Made by a program: the position numbers and the translations under genes. Shown here in pieces: positions 18,335 to 26,109 of a stretch of DNA of 26,311 nucleotides (the first letter of the stretch is position 1; each line of letters starts with the position of its first letter). The notes under the pieces were generated by a model. That model did not search any database. It was not told where the DNA came from and saw nothing but the letters and a program-made list of their open reading frames with translations. The stretch comes from an uncultured Bacilli bacterium (lineage in GTDB: Bacteria; Bacillota_I; Bacilli_A; RF39; UBA660). The stretch lies in the NCBI GenBank assembly GCA_947627385.1, contig CANQVV010000016.1, positions 1 to 26,311 of the forward strand, given 5' to 3'.

Positions 18335-20740
18335 ATGAATTATGAAAAGAAATGGCAAGAAATATGGCAAAAAGAAGGCGTATTTAAAGCCGTAAATAAT
18401 AGTGAAAAAGAAAAATATTATATTTTAGTGGAATTCCCTTATCCATCAGGAACTGGGTTACATGTAGGTCATGTTAGGAGTTATTCAGCTCTTGATGCTA
18501 TGGCTAGAATGAAAAGAATGCAAGGATATAATGTTTTATTTCCAATGGGATGGGATGCATTTGGAGCCCCAGCTGAACAATATGCTATAAAAAATCATAT
18601 TTATCCAGCTGATGCCGTTAAAGAAAATATTAAAACTTTTAAAAGTCAAATAGAAGAATTAGGTATTTCTTTTGATTGGAGTAGAGAATTTTCTACTACT
18701 GATCCAGAATATTATAAATGGACCCAATGGCAATTTTTACAATTTTATAAAAAAGGTATGGCTTATAAAGCTGAAAAAGAAATTAATTGGTGTCCTAAAT
18801 GTAAAACGGGATTATCTAATGAAGATGCTGCAGGTGGTGTTTGTGAAAGATGTGGTAGTCCTGTAACTAAGAAATTAAAAAGTCAATGGATTTTAAGAAT
18901 GAGTGATTATGCTGATAGATTACTTGATGGGCTAAAAGATACTGATTTTGAAGAACGAATTAAAGTAGCTCAAATAAATTGGATTGGCAAAAGTATTGGA
19001 GCTGAGGTAGATTTTAAGTTAAAAGATACAGAAGATGTTTTAAAAGTATTTACAACTAGATGTGATACTCTATTTGGTGTAACATTTATGGTATTATCTC
19101 CTGAACATCCATTCCTAGAAAAATATAAAGATAAAATTAAAAATATTGATGAAGTTAGAGAATATCAAGAACAAGCAAAAAATAAAAGTGAGATTGAAAG
19201 AACTGATGCTACAAAAGAAAAAACTGGTGTTAAAATTGATGGTTTAACTGCTATTAATCCTGTTAATAATAAAGAAATTGAAATTTGGATTAGTGATTAT
19301 GTTTTATCTAGTTATGGTACCGGTGCAATTATGGCTGTTCCTGCTCATGATGATCGTGATTTTGCTTTTGCTAAGAAATTTAATATTCCAATTATTCAAG
19401 TTTTAGCCAAAGATGAAAATGAAGAAATAAAAAATTTAGATAAAGCTTATACAGAAGATGGTACTCATATCAATTCCGAATTTTTAAATGGTTTAAATAA
19501 AGAAGATGCCATAAATAAGATGTTAGAATTTTTAGAAAAACATAAATGTGGTAAAAAGACAACTAATTATAAATTACAAGATTGGATATTCTCTCGGCAA
19601 AGATTCTGGGGTGAACCAATTCCAATGATTTATTGTGATGATTGTGGCTGGGTAGCAGTTGCAGAAGAAGAATTACCAGTTCTTTTACCAAAAGTAGCCA
19701 ATTATGAACCAACTGATAATGGTGAAAGTCCACTTGCTAATATTACCGAATGGGTTAATACACCATGTCCTAAATGTGGTAAAATGGCCCGTCGGGAAAC
19801 TGATACGATGCCAAATTGGGCTGGTTCTTCATGGTATTGGTTAAGATTTATGGATCCTCATAATAAAGATGAATTTGTTGGTCGTGATGCCTTAAATTAT
19901 TGGGGAATGGTCGATTACTATAATGGCGGTATGGAACATGCTACTAGACATTTACTTTATGCAAGATTTTGGCATCAATTCCTTTATGATCAAGGTTTAG
20001 TTCCAACCAAAGAACCATTTAAGAAAAGAGTTGCTCATGGTATGGTATTGGCCTCTGATGGTTCTAAGATAAGTAAATCTAAAAACAATGGTGTAAGTCC
20101 AACTGATGTAGTTAAAGAGTATGGAGCTGATACATTAAGATTATTTGAAATGTTTATGGGGGATTATGAAAAAGCAATTCCTTGGAGTAATGAAGGATTG
20201 CATGGTGCCCATCGTTTCTTAGAAAGAGTTGAAAGATTAGAGAAGAAAGTTGTAGATGGCACTTCATATACTAAATCACTTGAAAGTATTATTCATAAGA
20301 CTGTTAAAAAAGTTACTAATGATTTAGCTACAATGAAATATAATACAGCTGTATCTTCTTTAATGATTTTAACAAATGCTTATGAAAAAGAAAAAAATAT
20401 TACCGCTGCTGATTATCGAGTATTGTTACTATTATTAAATCCAATCGCTCCGCATATTACCGAAGAATTAAATGAAAGAAATAATTTAGGTGAAATGTTA
20501 TGTAAAAGTTCTTGGCCAAAATATGATGAAGAAAAAACTATTGATGATGAAAAAGAAATTGGTGTTCAAGTTAATGGTAAAGTAAGAGCAACAATTACGA
20601 TTAGTCAAGATGAAGACGAAAAATCAGTAATTGAAAAAGCTCTTGCGTGTGAAAATGTTCAAAATCATATTAATGGTAAAGAAATAGTTAAAACAATTGT
20701 TATTCCTAATAAAATAGTTAATATTGTTGTAAAAGGTTGA
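18335..20740 (+). CDS. leuS: Leucine--tRNA ligase
   Basis: HIGH motif (PYPSGTGLHVGHVRSY), KMSKS motif (KISKSKNNG) and the LeuS editing/CP1 architecture over 801 aa. Confidence 0.97.
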   Translation: MNYEKKWQEIWQKEGVFKAVNNSEKEKYYILVEFPYPSGTGLHVGHVRSYSALDAMARMKRMQGYNVLFPMGWDAFGAPAEQYAIKNHIYPADAVKENIKTFKSQIEELGISFDWSREFSTTDPEYYKWTQWQFLQFYKKGMAYKAEKEINWCPKCKTGLSNEDAAGGVCERCGSPVTKKLKSQWILRMSDYADRLLDGLKDTDFEERIKVAQINWIGKSIGAEVDFKLKDTEDVLKVFTTRCDTLFGVTFMVLSPEHPFLEKYKDKIKNIDEVREYQEQAKNKSEIERTDATKEKTGVKIDGLTAINPVNNKEIEIWISDYVLSSYGTGAIMAVPAHDDRDFAFAKKFNIPIIQVLAKDENEEIKNLDKAYTEDGTHINSEFLNGLNKEDAINKMLEFLEKHKCGKKTTNYKLQDWIFSRQRFWGEPIPMIYCDDCGWVAVAEEELPVLLPKVANYEPTDNGESPLANITEWVNTPCPKCGKMARRETDTMPNWAGSSWYWLRFMDPHNKDEFVGRDALNYWGMVDYYNGGMEHATRHLLYARFWHQFLYDQGLVPTKEPFKKRVAHGMVLASDGSKISKSKNNGVSPTDVVKEYGADTLRLFEMFMGDYEKAIPWSNEGLHGAHRFLERVERLEKKVVDGTSYTKSLESIIHKTVKKVTNDLATMKYNTAVSSLMILTNAYEKEKNITAADYRVLLLLLNPIAPHITEELNERNNLGEMLCKSSWPKYDEEKTIDDEKEIGVQVNGKVRATITISQDEDEKSVIEKALACENVQNHINGKEIVKTIVIPNKIVNIVVKG

Positions 20741-20746
20741 TAATTA

Positions 20747-20793
20747 AAATGTGAAACAATTTTATGCTTTTTTGACAATTTTGTTTCACATTT
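20747..20793. repeat. Perfect 13-bp inverted repeat (AAATGTGAAACAA / TTGTTTCACATTT) with a 21-nt loop downstream of leuS. Possible terminator or operator.
   Basis: Arms at 20747-20759 and 20781-20793. The loop contains TTGACA. TGtTATAAT-like -10 at ~20805-20813, then the AAAGGTGA RBS of the next gene. Confidence 0.45.
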
Positions 20794-20836
20794 TAAATTT
20801 TATGTTGTATAATAAAATTATTAAAGGTGAATTTTT

Positions 20837-21769
20837 ATGACAGAAAATATTGAAATTATGAATCTTCTTAAAAATAAGCAATTATATGAAGATGAATTAA
20901 AAAAAATTATATATGGTTCAATTGAAATAAGAGAAAATTCAGCAAATAAATATATATATGTACATTATAGAGAAGAAGGAATCCCAGTAACAAAATATAT
21001 CGGTGAATATTCAGAAGAATTATATAATTTAGTATTAAAGGATAATATTAAAGCTAAAACTATAAAAAAGCAGATTAGAGAAATAAACAAAAGATTAAAG
21101 CAATTAAATTATCAAGAAGAAGGTCTTTCTGAAAAAGTAAAACAAAATATAGATTTTGCTAAAAAACATTTAGCTGACACCATCTATAAGCAAGCTATAT
21201 TAGAGGGTGTTGTAACTACTTTTGTTGATACAGAAAATATTATCGAAGGTGGAAAAGTAAATAATATGACATCAGAAGATATTTTAAAAATAATAAATTT
21301 AAAACATGCTTGGGAATTTATATTAGATAAAAATGTAATTTTAAGTAAAACAAATTTTGCATTACTATGTGAAATAAATAAAATTATTGAAGAAGGCTTT
21401 TATTATTCAGCTGGAAATATTAGAAGTGTTCCAGTTAAAATAGGAGGAACAAATTGGAAACCAGATTTACCTATTGAAAGTACAATAAAAGAAGAATTAG
21501 AAATAATTTTTAATAAAAAAATATCTACTGTTGATAAGGCTATTGAACTTTTATTATATACAATGAAAAAACAAATTTTTATTGATGGAAATAAAAGGAC
21601 ATCTGTAATATATAGTAATCATTATTTAATTTCCAAAGGAAAAGGAATAATAGTTATTCCAGCTGAATTAGTAAAAGAATTTAAAGAGTTATTAATTTTG
21701 TATTATGAAGGTAAAGATACAAAGAAAATAAAAAAATTTATTAAAGAAAAATGTTATATGAAAATATAA
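20837..21769 (+). CDS. Fic/Doc-family protein with a non-canonical active-site motif (QIFIDGNKRT)
   Basis: Fido core YYSAGNIRSVPVKIGGTNWKPDLP...ELLLYTMKKQIFIDGNKRTSVIYSNHYL. Fic_N-like TTFVDTENIIEGG. Gln sits where the catalytic His is expected. Doc-like K in GNKR. Confidence 0.7.
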   Translation: MTENIEIMNLLKNKQLYEDELKKIIYGSIEIRENSANKYIYVHYREEGIPVTKYIGEYSEELYNLVLKDNIKAKTIKKQIREINKRLKQLNYQEEGLSEKVKQNIDFAKKHLADTIYKQAILEGVVTTFVDTENIIEGGKVNNMTSEDILKIINLKHAWEFILDKNVILSKTNFALLCEINKIIEEGFYYSAGNIRSVPVKIGGTNWKPDLPIESTIKEELEIIFNKKISTVDKAIELLLYTMKKQIFIDGNKRTSVIYSNHYLISKGKGIIVIPAELVKEFKELLILYYEGKDTKKIKKFIKEKCYMKI

Positions 21770-21771
21770 AT

Positions 21772-21800
21772 AAAACATCAGCATATTAAACTGATGTTTT
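21772..21800. terminator. Bidirectional intrinsic terminator between convergent genes
   Basis: AAAACATCAG-catattaaa-CTGATGTTTT is a perfect 10-bp stem with A/T runs on both sides. It overlaps the stop codon of the minus-strand permease. Confidence 0.7.
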
Positions 21801-22588
21801 TAGATATATTTTAATAATTTTTTTTCTAAAATAATTATTAATTTATAGAGAAGATAAGAAATAATTGCTAAAAGAATAATACCAGTCATCACATAATTAA
21901 GATTAAAGACTTGTTTACCATAAACAATGAGGTAACCTATACCTTGCTTACTAACTAAAAATTCCCCCATTATGACACCAACTAAGGTTTGAGCTATGCA
22001 TAATTTAAAAGAAGCAATAATAGTTTGATAACTACTAGGTATAATAAGTTTAGTAAGTATTTGCCATTTATTAGCTTTCATACTATGAAATAATTTAAGA
22101 CGATACTCATCTGTGCCTAAAAAGCCATTATAGATAGTTATAATACTGACAATTAAATTAATTAGTAATGCCATAATAATAACACTTTTAATATTAGCAC
22201 CAAAAATGATAATAATTAATGGCCCTAAGGCTACTTTTGGTAGAGAATTTAACATTGTTAAAAATGGGTCTAGTATTTTAGCTAAAAATTTAAATTCATA
22301 TAAAATTAAAGCTATAATAAATCCTAAACTCATTCCTAAAAAGAATGCTATTAATACTTCCATTAAAGTAACATAGATATGGATAAAAAAATTATGATTT
22401 TTAATTAATTCAATAATAGTTTTAATAATTCTTGATGGACTAGAATAGATAAAAGGACTAATAATATTATAATTAGCTAATATTTCCCATAAAATAAGAA
22501 GAGTAGAAATAATTAAAAATTGCCAAAAAATTATTTTGATTTTATTAATTTTTAAAGTTTTTAAATATTTTTTTTGTTCAACACTCAT
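21800..22588 (-). CDS. ABC transporter permease, NitT/TauT (SsuC/TauC-like) family
   Basis: Six TM segments. Conserved GVIMGEFLVSKQGIGYLI permease signature. Start overlaps the upstream ATPase stop (ATGAGTGTTGA). Confidence 0.8.
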   Translation of the reverse strand: MSVEQKKYLKTLKINKIKIIFWQFLIISTLLILWEILANYNIISPFIYSSPSRIIKTIIELIKNHNFFIHIYVTLMEVLIAFFLGMSLGFIIALILYEFKFLAKILDPFLTMLNSLPKVALGPLIIIIFGANIKSVIIMALLINLIVSIITIYNGFLGTDEYRLKLFHSMKANKWQILTKLIIPSSYQTIIASFKLCIAQTLVGVIMGEFLVSKQGIGYLIVYGKQVFNLNYVMTGIILLAIISYLLYKLIIILEKKLLKYI

Positions 22589-22935
22589 TAATATCTAAAT
22601 CCTTCCAAATTAAATCAAAATATTTTAAATAATTCTCATCTTTTCTTCTTTCATAAATAGATGTGTTATTTTTTAAATCAATGGGAACAATCTTTTTAAT
22701 TATTGCTGGTCTTTTCGATAATATAATAACTTTATCTGAGAAATAAATTGCTTCTTCAATATTATGAGTTACTAAAATAACTGTTTTATGTTCTTTTTTA
22801 ACTATTTTATAGACATCATCACTAATTATTAATCTTGATTGTTGATCTAAGGCACTAAATGGTTCATCTAGTAAAAGTAAATCTGGTTTTAAAGCAAGAG
22901 TTCTGATTAAAGCTACTCTTTGAATGTAGTGAAGA
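22578..22935 (-). pseudogene. 5'-truncated ABC transporter ATP-binding protein gene (C-terminal ~119 aa only)
   Basis: Minus-strand translation gives QRVALIRTLALKPDLLLLDEPFSALD...VTHNIEEA (post-signature, Walker B, D-loop, H-loop). Just upstream, KCLHY replaces the expected LSGG, and no Walker A/Q-loop coding exists further 5'. Confidence 0.75.
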
Positions 22936-22943
22936 CACTTTTC

Positions 22944-23003
22944 TATTTTTTCCTTTATTTATAAGGGTTTGCGTGTGGTCTGATACAGACCTATTTTTTA
23001 ACT
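22944..23003 (+). repeat. Copy 1 of a ~60-bp repeat unit (TCCTTTATTTATAAGGGTTTGC, hairpin GGTCTG-ata-CAGACC, TATTTTTT)
   Basis: Conserved 22-mer, stem-loop and T-tract. Pairs with copy 2 at 23061-23131. Confidence 0.6.
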
Positions 23004-23022
23004 ATTTAGAATAGTTTTTTTT

Positions 23023-23048
23023 AAAAGTTTAACTTATAAGTTTAATTG
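23023..23048. other. Near-palindromic site A (AAGTTTAACTTATAAGTTTAATTG) between the two repeat copies. Candidate recombination site.
   Basis: Contains the perfect palindrome AACTTATAAGTT (23031-23042). Shares 12/12 (22/26 extended) with site B at 25701-25727 in inverted orientation. Confidence 0.35.
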
Positions 23049-23060
23049 AGTTTTTTGCAA

Positions 23061-23131
23061 TTTTATTAAATCCTTATTTTATAAGGGTTTGCAAGGTGTG
23101 TTCTAACACAACCTATATTTTTTCATTTTTT
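23061..23131 (+). repeat. Copy 2 of the ~60-bp repeat unit (TCCTTATTTTATAAGGGTTTGC, bulged hairpin AGGTGTGTT-c-taa-ACACAACCT, ATATTTTTT)
   Basis: About 75-80% identical to copy 1 over ~60 bp in the same orientation. Confidence 0.6.
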
Positions 23132-23152
23132 AGTTATTGTTTTAGGTTATTG

Positions 23153-24010
23153 CTAATTATTTTCAATTTGTTTGGTTTCATCTTTGTATTGGTAGTTAAG
23201 TGCATTTTTATTTGATATTGCTGATTTTTTAGTTGCTTGTTCGTATGAAATTCTCGCATCATTAGCAACTTGTCCACCTCGTGCAGCAACTTTCATATTT
23301 TCACTAAATCCTTGTGGATGTTCAGTTGTTGCTATATCACGAGTAGCAACTTCTCCTAAATCAGTTAGGATAACTTCTATATCAGTCATATTATCTCTCA
23401 AACTTTCTTTTCTTATGCCTTTATATGCTTTATATTCTGATGCTTTCATACCAGACCAACCTTTATATATTTCATTAGTAAGCATAGCGTATTCAACAGG
23501 TTTTTCAATGCCACCATCTTTCCATATATCAGTTAGTTTAAATCTATCAACAATTCCGTTTAGTCTTTTTTTAATCCATTCATCACTGTAACCTAATCTT
23601 CTATAATAATTAACAGCTCGATTAATGGCAATTTCAGGATCGAATACTTCATCAATTCTTTCACTACCTAAATTAGCAAGCCAGACCTTAAACGGTTCTG
23701 CTTTTGGCGAAGGCACTGATTCAATTAGTCTTAAAATTCCTTTGGTATCTAAAACATCTGTTAAATAACTTTTTCCATCTTTTTGAGATTTTAATTTCAG
23801 TTGTCCCAATTTTGAGGACAACTGACTTCCCTCAGTATCTAATTTTGTTTTTAAAGCATTCCAATATTTTCTTGGTCTAGGGCTTTCTGTTAATACACCA
23901 ATAACATCAACGACACTAAAATAATAATCTTCTTTTTCGCTATCCCAAACACTTCTTATTTCTTTGCCCTCAAATAGATTAGTAATTGCTTCTAATTTGT
24001 TATGTTCCAT
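23153..24010 (-). CDS. Bro-N domain protein, DinD/phage antirepressor-like
   Basis: N-terminal Bro-N-like KEIRSVWDSEKEDYYFSVVDVIGVLTE. C-terminal half aligns in pattern with E. coli DinD (K..KG..K...L.D.M...E......A.. segment). RBS AAAGGATGTG. Confidence 0.55.
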   Translation of the reverse strand: MEHNKLEAITNLFEGKEIRSVWDSEKEDYYFSVVDVIGVLTESPRPRKYWNALKTKLDTEGSQLSSKLGQLKLKSQKDGKSYLTDVLDTKGILRLIESVPSPKAEPFKVWLANLGSERIDEVFDPEIAINRAVNYYRRLGYSDEWIKKRLNGIVDRFKLTDIWKDGGIEKPVEYAMLTNEIYKGWSGMKASEYKAYKGIRKESLRDNMTDIEVILTDLGEVATRDIATTEHPQGFSENMKVAARGGQVANDARISYEQATKKSAISNKNALNYQYKDETKQIENN

Positions 24011-24058
24011 TTTTTCACATCCTTTCGCTTTAATATTTGGTTATGTAATAGTAGAGAG

Positions 24059-25678
24059 TTATTCAAAATTCCATTTAATTTGAATATCTCTACTATTTGT
24101 TTCAACTCTCAACTTACCAATATAAATTTTATCAATAAATTCATCAACAATAACTCGATTAAGTTCATCTAATTTTTGATATTTACTAAATATTTCTTTA
24201 TTATTTTTTGAAGATTCTTCTTTCATTTGATAATAAGCAATTTCGTTATTAATAGATTTAATTTGATCGTTATATACATCTTCATTTTTGTTGTATTCTA
24301 CAACTAAATCTTTAAATTGTTCAGCAGTAATAACACCATTTACTTTATCTTCATAAAGATTTTTTAAATAGTTTCTTGTTTTAGATATTTGTTTTTCAAT
24401 ATCCATTTTTTGATGTTCTAATGCTTTAATTTTTTTATTAAATCTATTTTCCTTTGTTGCTGAATCCAAATTTTCTAGTTCTTCTTCATCATAGAATTTT
24501 TGAATTTTCTCATTAATGGCATCTAATACAATTTTTTCAAGAACATCATATCTTATAGATGCTTTATTAATACAGTCATCATATCCATCTCGATTTCCCG
24601 AACATAAAAGATATTCGTGTTTTTTAGAGTTCTTTTTTCTCATATAATGCCCACATTCAAGACAAAACACTTTACCAGAGAAGATATGAACAACACCTGT
24701 TGCTTTCATAGGTTTCGTTCTTTCTTTCATAGCTACTTGAACTTTATTAAATGTTTCTTCATCTATAATTGCTTCATGAGTGTTTTCTTTTCTTATCCAT
24801 TCACTTTTATCTTTGTGTTTTATTTTGTGATTTTTATAACTAACAGTAGTTCTTTTCCCTTGAATTAAATGTCCTAGATAAACTTCATTTGTTAAAATTG
24901 TTTTAATAGCATTTGTTGTCCATTTTATTTCTTCACGAGGTCTATTACTAATAACATTTAATTTAATACCCTTACGATATTTATAGAGGGAAGGGGAAGG
25001 TATATTTTTACTATTTAAGTATTTTGCTATACCTGTAAACCCTAATCCTGTTAAGTATAGATTATAAATGTTTTTTACCACTTCGGCTGCAACAGGATCG
25101 ACTACTAATTTATTGTTATCTTGGGCGGACACTTCATAACCAAATGAGGCGAAAGGAGAAATAAATTCTCCTTGCTTCATTTTAGAATGAAAAGCACTTC
25201 TTATATTATTTGAAACATCTTCTAAATACCATTCATTTACGAGTCCATTTATTTGTCTTGATTTCTTGTTTCCACTATTATCAGTATCAGCATTATCGGA
25301 TAGTCCTATAAACCTAATATTCCATTCTTTAAACTTATTATTGATATATTTTTCAACAATTTCCATATCTCTTGAAAATCTTGATTGACTTTTACATAAA
25401 ACTATATCAAGTTTTCCATTTTCACAATCTCTAATTAGTCTTTCAAATTCAGGTCTATAAGTTCCAGCACCAGATAAATCTTCATCACAATACTCATCAA
25501 CTAATGCAAATTCAGGATGCTTTTCAATATAGTCAATAAGCATATTTCTTTGATTTTTGATAGATTCACTATCATCATCTTTGTTTAGTTTGTCCTTATC
25601 TTCATTAGATAATCTTAAATAAATTCCAACTCTTAATACTTTCTTACTCTCAACACTCTCCATTTCATTCATAATCAT
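24059..25678 (-). CDS. Large serine recombinase (resolvase domain, recombinase domain, zinc ribbon, coiled coil)
   Basis: Catalytic Ser context VGIYLRLSNEDKD. Recombinase domain. Zinc ribbon CLECGHY...CSGNRDGYDDC. C-terminal coiled coil. GGAGG RBS. Confidence 0.88.
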   Translation of the reverse strand: MIMNEMESVESKKVLRVGIYLRLSNEDKDKLNKDDDSESIKNQRNMLIDYIEKHPEFALVDEYCDEDLSGAGTYRPEFERLIRDCENGKLDIVLCKSQSRFSRDMEIVEKYINNKFKEWNIRFIGLSDNADTDNSGNKKSRQINGLVNEWYLEDVSNNIRSAFHSKMKQGEFISPFASFGYEVSAQDNNKLVVDPVAAEVVKNIYNLYLTGLGFTGIAKYLNSKNIPSPSLYKYRKGIKLNVISNRPREEIKWTTNAIKTILTNEVYLGHLIQGKRTTVSYKNHKIKHKDKSEWIRKENTHEAIIDEETFNKVQVAMKERTKPMKATGVVHIFSGKVFCLECGHYMRKKNSKKHEYLLCSGNRDGYDDCINKASIRYDVLEKIVLDAINEKIQKFYDEEELENLDSATKENRFNKKIKALEHQKMDIEKQISKTRNYLKNLYEDKVNGVITAEQFKDLVVEYNKNEDVYNDQIKSINNEIAYYQMKEESSKNNKEIFSKYQKLDELNRVIVDEFIDKIYIGKLRVETNSRDIQIKWNFE

Positions 25679-25700
25679 TACCTCCTAACATAAGGTAACA

Positions 25701-25727
25701 ATTAAGTTTTAAGTTAAACTTATAACC
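25701..25727. other. Site B (+ strand ATTAAGTTTTAAGTTAAACTTATAACC) in the recombinase 5' UTR. Inverted counterpart of site A.
   Basis: Reverse complement TATAAGTTTAACTTAAAACTTAATTG matches site A AAAAGTTTAACTTATAAGTTTAATTG. Confidence 0.35.
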
Positions 25728-25733
25728 AATACT

Positions 25734-25742
25734 ATTATACCA
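25734..25742 (-). promoter_or_regulatory. Extended -10 promoter (TGGTATAAT on the minus strand) for the recombinase gene
   Basis: Minus-strand TGgTATAAT ~55 nt upstream of the ATG. No good -35. Confidence 0.45.
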
Positions 25743-26109
25743 CTTACTCGGCTGTATTGACATTAAACTCCAAAAGTTCGATGATTTTATATAACTTTTT
25801 ATTAATGATTTCTTTTAATTTAGTATCAGTTATTTTATCATCTACAATATCTATGACATTGTATTCCATATTTTACCCCTTTCAAACGAAATTAAGTTTG
25901 AGAGATAAAAAGATATTTGTAATCATTGTTTTGTAAAATTTTATTTATTTTCTTCATATTATCAATCCTCCAATCACTACTTAATTTAAAATATTATTTT
26001 TGGTACATTTCATTTTAAAAGGTTCGTTTTATTTATTTTTACATTTATACAAGATTTATTTTTTTAGGTTACAAATTCTTTTTATCAAAAATATTAAGAG
26101 TTATTTATA

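Noticed and set aside
18672-18866. 64-aa + strand ORF inside leuS in another frame
   Set aside because: It is embedded within leuS, and the leuS frame has clear HIGH/KMSKS conservation across this span.
24617-24868. 83-aa + strand ORF antisense to the serine recombinase gene
   Set aside because: Antisense in a strongly supported CDS. F/S-rich low-complexity.
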